Shown here: positions 27,301-41,450 of the stretch, piece after piece
Numbering within the stretch: the first letter of the stretch is position 1
Layout of the letters: the number at the start of each line of letters is the position of its first letter
Assembly (NCBI GenBank): GCA_002269645.1
Contig: NIVC01000031.1
Coordinates: 1,405,350 to 1,469,349, forward strand
Direction: 5' to 3'
Source of the DNA: Macrostomum lignano
Taxonomy: Eukaryota
DNA: 64,000 nucleotides
Notes under the pieces: model-generated
Told to the model about the DNA's origin: nothing
Database searches by the model: none
The model's input: the letters and a program-made list of their open reading frames with translations, nothing else
Translations under genes and position numbers: made by a program

Positions 27301-30300
27301 TATTCGACTATGTTTCAGTTGACGTCCGAAAACCACATTTTTAGTACCTCGATGACTATAACATGGTGTCCAACAAGGAGATGAAGCTCGTATTCTTCAT
27401 GGACGCAATCGAACACGTTACTCGCATTGCCCGCATGATCCGGCAAGAACGCGGCAACGCGCTTTTAGTCGGTGTTGGTGGCACGGGCAAGCAATCGCTG
27501 ACGCGTTTGGCTGCGCACATCAACAGCTACAAGTGCTTCCAGATTGAGCTTAGTCGCGGCTACGGCTACAAAGACTTCCGCGAGGACATCAAACAGCTTT
27601 ACACTTTGGCCGGTGTTGAAAACCAGCACACCGTGTTCCTCTTCACAGACACGCAGATTGTGGTCGAGGAATTCCTCGAGGACATCAACAACATTCTCAA
27701 CTCAGGCGAGGTGCCGAATTTATTCGAGGCCGACGAGAAAGAGCGCCTCATCATCGGCTGCCGTCCCGCCGCCAAAGAGGTCGGTATCGCTGAAGGCAAC
27801 CGGGACGCCATCTACGACTTCTGCATCAACCGAGTGCGCAACAATCTGCACATTGTGCTCTGCATGTCCCCGGTGGGCAATGCATTCCGATCCCGATGCA
27901 GAATGTTCCCCAGCTTGGTCAACTGCTGCACCATTGACTGGTTCACCGAGTGGCCGCGAGAGGCGCTCATGAGCGTGGCGCAGAGCTTCTTCAGCACAGC
28001 CGATGTTGGAGACGACGAATTGAAGGTGAGTCACCAGAAGGTGAAACTACGAAAGACTGCGTTAACTAATTTCTATGCTAAATAGCTTGTACCGGAGGTT
28101 TTACTAAAATAAAAAGTAAATAAAAAATAAGTTATGCTTGTACACACTGAAATACAGAACATTCTTCAAGGCTCACTTGGTCCAACATATCTGGTGAGTT
28201 AATTCTTAAGACCCCACAAAAAAGTATATCAAAAAATCAAATATACTTTATTACTTTCGCTTTGATATATGAGACACATTGACTCTATTTGCAAATTTGA
28301 TTATCGCGTGAAAATTTATAGTGCTGTATATGATTCAAGCCCGTTTACGCATTAGTTTTTTTCTGACCCGGCGCGTTTCAATGAGGTTTCATTTTTAAAA
28401 AATTTCTATATCGATGTGACTGAATACTGGAAGCTATACTGCTTCAAATGGTTTATTAATCAGCAAAATGCTTTCGCGATTACTCAGCTTTATTGAGATA
28501 CTTTGCATGGCTGCGCAGTATTTTTGTTGTATCATTTAAGCCTGATTAAGTTTTCTCTGCACTGGTCTGAATTCTTTTTTCTTGAATTTTGTTTCTCCTC
28601 AGGAAAAGCTGTCAGAGATGTGCGTCATGATTCACACCAGCGTCACGGACATGGCCGACAAGTTCTATAACGAGCTGAAGCGCAAGTTTTACACAACCCC
28701 TACTAGCTATCTGGAGCTCATCAACCTTTATTTGTCCATGCTGGCCGCGAAGAAAAAGTGAGTTGAATCTGAGAAATCATAGCTTTGCTACCCTCTCTAG
28801 GGGTCCTGATACTTCTTTTTGACGCTGACAATGATGCGAAAGTACCCTTCCATAATCTTCTTTCTTTTATCCCATTGACCCGCAGCTTTAGTCTGGGATG
28901 ATATTTTTCTACCCGATTCCATAAAAAATTCTTACCTATTACAGCGAACTGACTGGCGGTCGAGATCGCGTAAAGAACGGCCTGCTAAAACTTCTGGAAA
29001 CCAACCAGCTGGTAGGCACCATGGAGGTTACCCTAACCGAGATGCGGCCTAAACTAGAGCAGAAGCAGAAAGACGTTGAAGCTCTGATGGAGGTTCTCAC
29101 CGCCGATCAAGAAAAAGCGGATGTCGTCCGATCAAAGGTCAAAGAAGACGAAGCCGTGGCCAAGGTGAAGGCTATGGAGACTGAGGCTATTCAGCAGGAT
29201 GCGCAGAAGGATCTTGACGAAGCTCTTCCTGCTCTCGAAGCGGCCGTGAAAGCGCTGAACTCGCTGGACAAGAATGACATCTCCGAGATTCGCGTCTTCA
29301 CGAGTCCGCCACCGCTTGTGCAGACTGTCATGGAAGCCGTCTGCTTGCTGCTCGGTTCCAAGTGAGTATTTAGTCTCTGCCTGTCTCCAAGCGGAATGTT
29401 TGCAATGCTGTTGCATACAATTAATTCTTTTTCAGAACCGACTGGGCCTCTGCTAAGCAGGTGCTGGGTGACACAAACTTCCTGCGTCGCCTCATGGACT
29501 ATCCAAAAGATGAAATCACCAACAAGATGCTGGCCGGTCTGAAAAAGTACATGGAAAATCCTGAGTTCACACCATCGAATGTTGAGAAAGTGTCAAAGGC
29601 ATGCAAGTCGATGTGCATGTGGGTCAGAGCTATGGACATGTACGCCAAGGTCTATCGAACAGTTGAACCGAAGAAGAAAAAGTAAGTCACCCGTATTGCT
29701 TGGCTATTTTTTCAGTCTGTATCAACTTAAAGTATGACAAATAAATTCAAAATAATTTATTGCTTTTTACAGGCTTGAAGCGGCCAATGCTGAGCTGAAC
29801 GTGGTGATGAGCACTCTTCGCCAGAAGCAGGCTCAACTGCAGGAGGTTGAGGACAAAATCGCCACCCTGCAGAAAAAGTTCGACGACACAGTAGGTGAGA
29901 AGAAGACTTTGGAGCACGAGCTGGCTCTGACGGCAGCGCGACTCAAGCGAGCCGGAAAGCTGACAACTGCCTTGGCGGATGAAAAAGACCGCTGGGAAGT
30001 GACGGTCGAGAATTTCAACAAAGAGATTGGCGACGTCGTTGGAAACGTGTTCATTGCGGCTGCTTGCGTCTCGTACTACGGTGCGTTCACTTCAGAATAC
30101 CGAGCCGAGCTGGTCAACATGTGGGTCAGTCGCTGTCTGGAGCTGAAGATACCAACTTCGGAGAATGTCACTTTGTTCAACGTGCTGGGAAATCCGTACA
30201 CCCTGCGCCAATGGAACACGGACGGCTTGCCGCGCGATCAAGTGTCAACAGAGAATGCTATACTGGTTACGCGCGGCCGTCGCTGGCCCCTCATGATTGA

Positions 30301-33300
30301 TCCGCAGGAACAGGCCAACCGTTGGATTAAGAACAAGGAGTCTCGAAATGGCTTGCAGATGATCAAACTCAGTGACCCGAATTTCCTGCGCACATTGGAG
30401 AATGCCATTCGTCTAGGCATGCCAGTTCTTTGTGAGGATGTAGGCGAGAGCCTTGATGCAGCGCTGGAGCCTGTGCTGCTCAAGCAGACCTACACCTCTG
30501 GCGGCCGGCTTCTCATTCGACTTGGTGACAAAGATGTTGAGTACGACAAGAACTTTGCTTTCTACATGACTTCCAAGCTATCGAATCCGCATTACCTGCC
30601 CGAGGTTTGCATCAAAGTGACCATCATCAACTTCACCGTCACACCGAGGGGTCTAGAGGATCAGCTGCTCAGCGAGGTCACTCGTTTGGAGCGACCTGAC
30701 CTTGAGAAGCAGCGGAATGAGCTCATTCTCAAGATCAATAATGAGCGCGCTAAGTTGAAGGCCATCGAAGACAACATTCTCAAGATGCTGTACGAGTCCG
30801 AGGGCAACATCCTAGATAACGAAGAGCTAATCAAGACGCTTAACGACTCAAAGATTACATCGGCTGAGACCACGAAAAAGTTGGCGGAAGCAGAAATCAC
30901 TGAACAGAAAATCAGCGCAGCTCGATCAAAGTACATCCCAGTGGCAGAGCGCGGCTCATGCATGTACTTTGTGGTGGCCAACATGGCTGAAATCGATCCG
31001 ATGTACCAATTCTCGCTGAAGTACTTTAAGAACCTATTTAACAATACCATTGAGAGCAGCGAGAAGTCAGACAACCTGGAGCAGCGCATTCAGATTATGC
31101 TGGCCGCAACCACCAATTCCACTTACAACAATGTGGCTCGAGGAATCTTCGAGAAGGACAAGTTAGTCTTCAGCTTCCTGCTCTGCATCGAGATTCTTAA
31201 GCAGTCAAAGATCATCAGTCCGGAAGAATGGAATTTCTTCCTGCGCGGTGCGGGCGGCATGGAGAAAAAGCGACCCGAGCGACCAGCAGAGATCACTTGG
31301 ATGAACGATCCCGTGTGGCGGAACGTGATCGATCTGGCCGACTTCAGCCCGATTTTCCGAAGCCTGACGGCCGATCTGCTGCGAACTCCGGTTCGCGTGA
31401 CCATTGGAGAGGTCACCGGCGAGGGGAACCCGGCCGACTTCAGCGGCTTCGGACCAACACCGACTGAGCCTTCTGACGCAGACATTGCCAAGTCACGCGG
31501 CGACGACCCAAGCGTTGCTGAGCGTTTCAGTGGCCACTGGGACAAGCGGTTGACTAGCTTTCAGAAGCTGATGCTCATTAAGGTGCTACAGGAACAGAAA
31601 GTGGTGCCAGCCATCACCGAGTTCGTGAAGGAGAATCTCGGCAAAGAGTTTGTCGAGGCTCCATCGATCGAACTTAACCTTCTCTACTCCGACATGTCCA
31701 AGACAACGCCGCTGGTTTTTGTACTCAGCACAGGTTCCGACCCAATGAATACATTCCAGCGATTCGCCAAAGAAAAGAACTTTGACGACAGGTACCACGC
31801 TATTTCGCTGGGTCAGGGTCAGGGAGTGGTCGCTGAAAAGCTTATCAGCGCTGCGGTCAAGTCGGGAGACTGGGTTTTCCTGCAGAACTGCCATCTCGCC
31901 GCATCTTGGATGTTGTCGCTAGAGAACATTGTGAAGGATATGGCCGAGAAGCCAGAAGACATTAACCAGGACTTCCGCTTGTTCCTCAGCTCAATGCCCG
32001 CCAAGGCTTTCCCAGTTTCCGTGCTGCAGAACTCGGTGAAAGTCACCAACGAGCCTCCAAAGGGACTTAGAAACAACATCAAACGAGCATTCGCCGAAAT
32101 GAGCCCTGAAGAATTCGAGACTAACATCCTCGGAACGGACTGGAAGAAGATCGTATTTGGTATTTGCTTCTTCCACGGCATCATTCTCGAGCGTAAAAAG
32201 TTCGGGCCGCTCGGCTGGAACATCCGCTACGAATTCAACGATTCCGACAGGCAGTGCGCTCTGCTCAACTTGAAGATGTTCTGCGCCGAGGGAGAGATTC
32301 CCTGGGATGCGCTCATTTACATCACTGGCGAGGTAAACTTCCTGCTTTTAGATGATATATTTTTCAGGCATGCGAATCAGATTTATTCTAATTATGATAA
32401 CTACGAGCGTATTTGACTTGGAATCCAACAGATCACCTACGGAGGCCGAGTCACAGACAACTGGGATCAGCGCTGCCTGCGCACCATCCTGACGCAGTTC
32501 TTCCACCCGAAAACGCTGGAGCCTGGCTACAAGTACTCGCCATCGGGAGTGTACTACCCACCTGACCAGCCCACGCTGCAGGACTACAAAGACTACGTTG
32601 ATCAACTGCCGCTGATTGAAGATCCCGAGATTTTCGGGCTTCATTCTAATGCTAACTTGGCTTACCAGGTAAAATAGTAGCTGAATTACGCTGGTGCCGT
32701 ATTAAGGCAAGATGACATCTTTCTGAGGGTAAAATTGTTTGATTTATAACATACTTTGTATCTTGAAATGAACCAAAATCACTCTACAGATCGAGGAGAC
32801 GCGCTCAATGGTGGAGGTAATCCTAGAGATCCAACCTCGAGTGGCGTCTGGAGGTGGCGGCAAGTCGAACGATGAGATTGTCTACGAGCTGGCCGACAGT
32901 ATTCTTGGCAAGATCATGACCAAGATCGACTTGGATCTGGCCAAGCCTGAGCTGTTTGAAGAGGACTCGCAGGGTCGGCTTAACTCTTTGACAACCGTGC
33001 TTACTCAGGAGATTGACCGCTACAACCGACTGTTGACGGTCATCAGGGTAAGTTTTATAGCAGATTTAGTCGCATCAGGAAGCAATTTTACCGCTTATAA
33101 TTCCGTTTTTTCCAGACCTCGTTGGAGCAGCTGAAGAAGGCCATCAAAGGTTTCGTTGTAATGTCGGAGGAGCTCGACTCAGTGTACACGGCATTCATTA
33201 ACAACCAGGTGCCCAAGCTGTGGAGCAACGTGGCCTATCCCAGTCTGAAGACTCTGTCCAACTGGATCAAGGATCTGATCCTGCGTTGTTGGTTCGTGCA

Positions 33301-34281
33301 CTACTGGCTGACGCAGGGCATGCCGAAGTCATTCTGGCTGCCTGGCTTTTTCTTCCCGCAAGGCTTCCTGACTGGCACCCTGCAGAACTACGCCAGGAAG
33401 TACAATTATCCTATCGATCACTTGTCGTTCGAGTTCATTGTGAAGCCGGTCTACCGCGACCAGGAGGAGGTCAACAAAGCGATGCAAACTGTGGGATTCG
33501 GCGAAGAGATTCCTCAGGATCAGGAGATCGAACGGCCAGAGGATGGAGTTCTGGTGCACGGACTGTTCACTGACGGCTTCCGGTTTGACTGCGAGACCAT
33601 GCGGGTGAGACTTCAATGATTGACTCAATTTTGAGAGCCTTTAAGAAAGCTAATAAACATTTCTGAAGCTTTGAAAGCTATGAAAATTCAGTTTGAGTGA
33701 AAAATTTGCGTAATTGCTCGGATTTTTGGAAGCATTTTTCGAAGACGGTTTTAAGAGAGATTGACTCCTTAACCCCGATTTCATACTAGTACATGCAGTG
33801 AGGGACCGTAATAATCCAGGTATCCGTGAAAAATTCCAAGGCCGAAGTTGGCTTGGGGCTCATTGGAAAAATGTATGATTCGATATTTCGATGACTGACG
33901 TCAATTGACGTTCCTCAATTTCATCACATACAGGCCGCTCTGTCGCATCACAACGTCATGCTTGACGTGCTACCGATGCTGCACATGCAGCCCAAGATGG
34001 ACTTCACACCCGATCCGTCTCACTACATCTCGCCGCTGTACAAGACCAAGGTCCGAGCTGGTGTGCTCAGCACTACCGGTGAGTGCTTGCTTAATACAAT
34101 ATAGATTCATTCGGTAGACTACTTCTAGTAGATAAATGGTCTTGATTGTCTAAATAACAAATAATAATACTTTGCAGGCCATTCCACAAATTTTGTTGTC
34201 TCGGTGCCTCTGCCGAGCGACAAACCGCAGGACTTCTGGATCAACATGGGAGCGGCGCTGTTGTGCGAGAAGACAGACTGA
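18324..34281 (+). CDS. DNAH6: Axonemal inner-arm dynein heavy chain, DNAH6-like, 18 coding exons, ~4,219 aa if two 1-nt deficits are corrected
   Basis: Exons: 18324-18530, 18619-18973, 19382-19517, 19739-20936, 21014-21184, 21783-24942, 25029-25427, 25511-27250, 27345-28025, 28603-28757, 28945-29361, 29436-29681, 29773-32332, 32432-32668, 32790-33047, 33116-33604, 33934-34078, 34178-34281; all introns GT-AG. Four P-loops ([32 protein letters not shown]), CFDEFNR, the stalk, and the C-terminus [16 protein letters not shown] are present. The DNAH6 subtype call comes from recalled motif similarity, not a run alignment. Confidence 0.9.
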
Positions 34282-35095
34282 TTTTGATTGACAGCAGTGC
34301 TAAAAGTACATTTGTTGACGTTTGTTTTTTGCTTCACTGCTACTTTGTATTCTATAGTTTGCTTACGATTGCATGTTTCAGACTTATTGATAATTTTAAC
34401 AAAAAGGATTTTTTTATTATTTTAAACTCACTTCTCTGAAAGATGTAAAACTGGAAAAAAATTCTACAGAACGCCGAATCAATATCTTAATGTTGGAAGG
34501 TTGACTCCACTTGAAAAAAATTTTTCCTCTTTCCATTAAGTTCCAATTTTTAGTGTACCTTGCTTTGGATTTATCAAAACTGAAGAGTTAAATATGCTCG
34601 CACAAAAGTTATTGCTGTACTCTTACCTTTCAAAGCTCAAGCATAAACTTTTCAGGCTTGGCAATCTGAGACGAAAGAACAGTTATAACTAAATAGCTGT
34701 TCATAACAAAATTACACGACATACAATTACTTTAAAATAAAAATGGAAGATTGCCAAGTTTTATAAATCGTTATTTTAATATCTCCGTTACCCCTAGCCC
34801 TTTATTTTCATGCCGAAGAGGAAAACTTTAATTTTAATTGTACTAAACATCTAACTTTTTTATAATATAAATATACAGGTTTATTAATCAATTAGCCAAT
34901 TATATCGATTCGAATGGCTGCGCATCAACTAAACAAAAAAAACTACTCAATTACGAGTATCATCAAAAAAAATTTTGTTAATCCGTATACTAAAAATGGT
35001 TTGTCGGTAGAGTAGATATTTTTATTGAAACAATGTGTTCGATTTGTTTTATTGCTTTCACTCCAGATTAAATTTAACACAGATACGGCTTGTAA

Positions 35096-35409
<314 letters not shown>

Positions 35410-36108
35410 ACTGCAGTTAAAATTTAACACAGCTATGGCTTGTAAACTAGCTAACCATTCTACTGCTGAACACTGCACAGCTCAAACCAACGAAAGGAAC
35501 GGCATGTTGGGCGGCAACAGTCTTATATTTCTTTCGAACAAAGCTGGCAGTTTGCTGTGCGCGTTGCACTTGGAGTAAGAGTAAGATTTTTTTCTGAGGC
35601 CAGAAATGAAATAAGAGGGAAGGGGGCCAGAAGGGGAAGGAAAGGAAAAACGTGCACACGGCGAAGCGCTCCGCCGCTCTCAATGCTCTGGTCCGTCGTA
35701 TCGATTGATTTATTCCCGATTCACTCTGTGGTGTCTTCTATAAGTCTTTCTCTCTCGCACACGGGTTCCGCACTGGCACTGCAGACGATTTACTACAGCA
35801 AACTGGTTTACAAGACTAAAAGCCCACGCAAAAAAGCAATTCCTCATCGATACAAATGTTTTCGAATCCTAACAGGAACTGAACTAAGGTACTTGACGAC
35901 GAAATATTTTTCCTTAAATCAGGTGAGTACTTAAAATAGTTTTAATGGGTTTCCTGCGCACGCAAGATGATGAGGAACAGGTGGCAAAGTGTCTTCTAGC
36001 TTGTGAAATTATTTTATAAATTCTCCATAAAACTTATACCTCCAGTTCAGGGTGCTTTTAAGCAAGAAAGAAAATTGCCATGCTGTTTGAATATCGTAGA
36101 AGAAGTCT

Positions 36109-36347
<239 letters not shown>

Positions 36348-36525
36348 TGAAAGGACAGGACACAAAGATCGAAATTCGTATTTTACTCGTAGTTTCTCTA
36401 TAAGTATATAAAGAGCTGACATTACCTGGGATTATAATTTGCTCGGCCTTTATTGAAAGTTTCAAGTCTAAATAACCGGGTGTACTATATTGCGCGTTGA
36501 AAAAACCTTCCTCCAGTCGAACTGA

Positions 36526-38285
36526 ATGGCAGACTCCAGTGCCAGAATGGAGGTGTTCGAGTGCCCAATCTGCGCTCCCAAGCGTTACTTTGTCACCGAG
36601 ATCGGCCTGCGCACGCACGTGGCCGACCGGCATCCGTGGAGGTCGCTGCCACCGGCCCAGCGCAGACTGACCCCGACTAGGGCCGCCATGCCCGAGCCCA
36701 CCTGGCTGCGCGAGAGGCAGGCGGCCGCGGCTGAGTCAGTTTACCATCAGCAGCAAGCGCCTTCCTCGCTTCATCATTCCCAGCTTCCTCAGCAGCTGCA
36801 TCTGCGTCATCCGCAGACAAACGGCGCGCCATCGATGCCTGGTAACAACCATCAACAACACCATCGCCACCACCACAACAGCAATGCTTTGGTAACATTC
36901 GACACTCAATCGCAGCTAAGCGACGACGTGTTCTTTGAAGAAGCCGGCGGTGGCGGAGGCGGCAGAAATCGCGGCTTTGGACAACCACCGCAGCAACAGC
37001 AGCAACAACAGAGACATCAGCAACATCTGCAACAGGTTTGAGAAGCTTCTGGAGTATTTTTGAAGCACAGAAAAATAGACGGAACAACAAGAAGATTAGC
37101 TACTTCATTAATCTCGGGGGTCTGTCATACGTTGAAGGTTTATATGTCTCTTTTAACCCGTGCGAAGCTAAAGCAGCTTATGTGGTCTAAATATAGTGCC
37201 TGCACTGGACGCACACAGATGCCACAATGTAAAATAGAATAAATCTACGAGTAGAAGATTAATCTAAAAGTAGTTCTCCCTCACCGAATTGTCAAACCTA
37301 ACAAAGCAGAATTGAGGAATCTTTAGAATGCTTGTAAACATTTAACGAACACTTGTTGCATCCTAAAAAACCTGCACCCGGCAGAGCGGCTATGATGAAT
37401 ATCCACCGCCGGATTACGACCTCACGCCGTTTGAACTGACTCGCAGCCTCGACGCAGTTGATTCTTCGGCGCGCAAGAGTCGCGATTTGGCTACGACGCG
37501 ACGGCCTTGGTACGACAGCGAGGACTACACGGGGCCGCGAAACCTCATGGAGAAGCGGCCTGGCGGCTACTTTGACGATCAGAACGAAATGGAAGCAGGT
37601 CTCGACGATAGCCAGGGTTCCTATGCCCGAGGCAACGGCGGCGCCTACTCGGGACGCAGGATGCGACACGAAATTGAGGAGCGCGACAGTCGCATTGAAA
37701 CGCTGCGCATGGAAATTGACCGCCTGTGGGACGAGCGAATGCGACTGCTCAAACACGAGGCCGAGGGAATTCGTGCCGTGAAGGACCAGGGAGGGGCCGG
37801 GCTGCCCTATGAGGGTCGGTGAGTGATTTTAAAACGCATTAATTAAAAACGTTTTTGAAGCTGCGTCCCAAAACTCGAAATGCCACTCTCTGCCACTAGT
37901 AATTGGAGTACTAATCCTGAGTTAATATTTGAAAATCACACTGGAAAAGCCACGCCCAGAAATTCAGCCAAATCTAATCATACTAAAATTCATCATAAAC
38001 CATGGCCAAATTGAGCCATGGAATAAGTTCTTCCCAAGACATCCGTTATCTCGCACATAGCCAAATGTACATTGACTATGCTAAAGGTTTATTAAAAAAA
38101 TAATTTTCAGAAGCAACCAAAGAGGCTTCATGGATGACAATGGTGGTCAATTTGGCCAAGGTCACGCGTTCCAGCCTGTGCTGCCCCACAGTCGCTTGCA
38201 ACTGTACCGCCAGCAGCAGCCGCAGCCGCAGCCACAGCCGAAGCAGCATCACTATATGGGCATGCGGCGTCCAGCAGGTTATTAG
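36526..38285 (+). CDS. Uncharacterised protein: N-terminal C2H2-type zinc finger, Q/H/G-rich region and coiled coil; 3 exons, ~372 aa
   Basis: Exons: 36526-37035, 37385-37818 and 38111-38285, with compatible phases (0, 2). Contains CPICAPKRYFVTEIGLRTHVADRH (C-x2-C...F-x5-L-x2-H-x4-H) and the heptad-like HEIEERDSRIETLRMEIDRLWDERMRLLKHE. Confidence 0.7.
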
Positions 38286-38509
38286 CAGTAGCAAGTCGGA
38301 ATCTGTAATTAAGTGGCAACTGCCCGTTGTTGGCATGCGTTGGCGCCATAATTTATTTAATTTTTGACGAATCATTGCGTCAAATTTTACATTGCTACAA
38401 GTATGATATTCAACTTTAATTAGAGTTACATGTATTTTTCAGCAAATCTATATTCAGCCTAGATACATTACTAGTAAATTAAAATAAACTATGAATAGCT
38501 GAAAAAATC

Positions 38510-39050
38510 ACAGCACCCTACCGCACAGCAGCCTACAGCATCATATCCTACAGCACCCTACCCTACAGCACCCTACCCTGCAGCACCCTACCCAACAGCA
38601 CCCTACCCTACAGCACCCTACCCTACAGCACCCTACCCTACAGCACCCTACCCTACAGCACCCTACCCTACAGCACCCTACCCTACAGCACCCTACCCTA
38701 CAGCACCCTACCCTACAGCACCCTACCCAACAGCACCCTACCCTACAGCACCCTACCCTACAGCACCCTACCCTACAGCACCCTACCCTACAGCACCCTA
38801 CCCTACAGTACCCTACCCTACAGCACCCTATTCTACAGCACCCTATTCTACAGCACCCTACGCTACAGCACCCTACCCTACAGCACTCTACTCTAAGCAC
38901 CCCACCCTACATCACCCTACCCTGCAGCACCCTACCCTATAGCACCCTACCCTACAGCACCCTACCCTACAGCACCCTACCCTACAGCACCCTACCCTAC
39001 AGCACCCTACCCTACAGTACCCTACCCTACAGCACCCTACCCTACAGCTC
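38510..39050. repeat. 15-bp minisatellite (cagcaccctacccta), ~36 copies
   Basis: Tandem units. The minus strand reads TAGGGTAGGGTGCTG. Confidence 0.97.
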
Positions 39051-40112
39051 GCTACCCCACAGGTATTCAAATTGATTGACACGGTTGCCTATTAGCGAAT
39101 CTCACTCCTCTTTACCTACTCACTGTACTCTTACTACAGCAATTATTGCGTAAAATTCTGTTATATCTCGTTTCAAATATTTGTTTAAAACTCCTAGAAA
39201 ATGTTAATCCGTAGCTACAGTAAGCCCCGTAGGAAGTTAGATTTATTATATTTTTGTTTATCTATTTCGATTTTTCTCTGTGCTACCTGTACGAAATGCT
39301 TGCTGACATCAAATTTACGTCGTAACAGAGCTAGAATAGATATTCATAATTGACTAATTGTGTACAGTATATAGCCGTTAGCCGAATAAATACATTTTAT
39401 CGAGCAATACCGATCAAAAATTTTTTTAGTTTATGAGATTTTTCAAACAAAAAAACAGACGTTCGACAAACGAAAATATACTTGTATGAAAAAATCTAAA
39501 AGCAAAAGGCCTGCAATTGTTTTTTGTAGCAACAATTTGCATATTGCGTGCCATTATCTGTGCATCTTTGAGCAGACAAAGGAGAAAAGAACGTGTTTTG
39601 ATAATTGGCGATTGCCAGATGACTAAAAAGCCCTCATTAAACCATCTTTGTATGGGGCTAAAGAGCGCCAATCGATTAGAAAGCCTCAATTAAAATAATT
39701 TCATAGTATCCTGGCCCTAACCTGACTGTATGCATGTAATTGCATGGCGTGACTTATCAAGCAAAAAGGCTGCAAAAGGGACCGAAAATCTCTTCTGTGA
39801 TTCTCAACTCATGACTTCCTCTTACGATAAATCGTCACAGCAAAACAAGTACGAGTTGAAGTAGACTCGTCGCAAAGGGTTATCCCACTAGAACGTACTC
39901 ACGGCCTCAGGTGGTTCTGTTCCTTCATCCTCCTCGTCCCAACGACAGTCCTCTCCGCTTTCTGAAGCTCCCAGTTTCCTTCCCTCTGTGAGCAACCCAC
40001 CCATCCCCAGAGCCATAAAAGCGGCTTGCGCTCCGCCCCATCATAAAGATGTAGCTTATTTTCATCCATTGGATACTAGCGTGACATTTGACATAGTCCG
40101 AAGCGGCTGAGC

Positions 40113-41450
40113 ATGACAACCGAGGAGGAACTACTCAAAGCGTTCAGGATGATCGACAAGAAAGGCGCCGGTGTTATCACAGCTGATGAGCTGAGAGAGT
40201 ATCTATACAAGCGACAGCACAACGAACTATTTGTGCAGGTAATGAGACATTTCTGTGAAGGACCCCGAAAAATTTCCATGACTTGCTTCTTAATCTCGCA
40301 AAATCTGACAGATTTTCTATCATTTTCTGCATTAATATTGTTAGCTCACAACTCACTCTTACTAATTTTTTAACTATAAATTTAGAAATATCTTCGTCTG
40401 TTTGATCGCAATCGCGACGGCAAAATCACGCTGGATGAGTATCAAAAAACTTTGAATGAGATTCCTCGAGCTCAAAGGCAGTGAGTAGCTTGATTTATAA
40501 ATATTTTTTGATGATCAAATGTAATTTCAGCTATACGCAATACCTTTATGATATTATCTGCCTTCGCGAACTTCAGAGCCATTGTGTTCCGCTACAGCCA
40601 ATGGAGGCATCTGTTTGAAAAGATCGACAAAGATGGAAACGGTTTCATCACCAAGCAGGAGCTGCTGCAGGTCTGATCAGCTTTTGCTAATGCTCCTGCT
40701 GTAGATTAGTTTTGGCTCAGCTAGTCAGGGTGACACGAATGCGGTGACTCGCCTGGTCAAGGATGATGTAGTCTCAGTTACTCACCTGGTCAGAGATGAT
40801 GTAGTCCCAGTAACTCACCTGGTCAGGGATGATGCAGTCCCAGTGACTCATCTGGTCAGGGATGATGAAGTCCCAGTGACTCACCTGGTCAGGAATGATG
40901 CAGTCCCAGTGACTCAACCTGGTCAGAGATGATGTAGTCCCAGTAACTCACCTGGTCAGGGATGATGTACTCGTAGTCCCAGTAACTCACCTGGTCAGGG
41001 ATGATGTAGTCCCAGTAACTCACCTGGTCAGGGATGATGTAGTTCCAGTAACTCACCTGGTCAGGGATGATGTAGTCTCAGTTACTCACCTGGTCAGAGA
41101 TGATGTAGTCCCAGTAACTCACCTGGTCAGGGATGATGTAGTTCCAGTAACTCACCTGGTCAGGGATGATGTAGTTCCAGTAACTCACCTGGTCAGGGAT
41201 GATGTAGTCCCAATGACTCAAATGGTAGAGTGGTGTAGTCACCTGGTCAATGATGAAATGGCTGCTCATCGCCAGTTACCTGCCTGTTACGAGCCGTACC
41301 TCCTCTTTGCAGGCCATCCAGGAGATGGGCGCCGGCTCAATGTTTGGTGCCGCAGATGTGGACAAGTTCTTCGCCAACAGCGACAAGGATTACGACGGTA
41401 GAATCAATTATCGAGAATTTCTCGAATGGATGAATCAATCGCAGGATTAA
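40113..41450 (+). CDS. Calmodulin-like EF-hand calcium-binding protein, 4 exons, ~143 aa
   Basis: Exons: 40113-40238, 40386-40480, 40598-40670 (in-frame alternative acceptor at 40577) and 41313-41450. EF loops are DKKGAGVITADE (degenerate), DRNRDGKITLDE, DKDGNGFITKQE and DKDYDGRINYRE. Confidence 0.85.
40745..41255. repeat. 33-bp intronic minisatellite (ctcacctggtcagggatgatgtagtcccagtaa), ~15 copies
   Basis: Occupies most of intron 3 of the EF-hand gene. Confidence 0.95.

Noticed and set aside
19758-33628. Many antisense and alternate-frame ORFs over the dynein exons
   Set aside because: These are shadow ORFs of GC-rich coding sequence.
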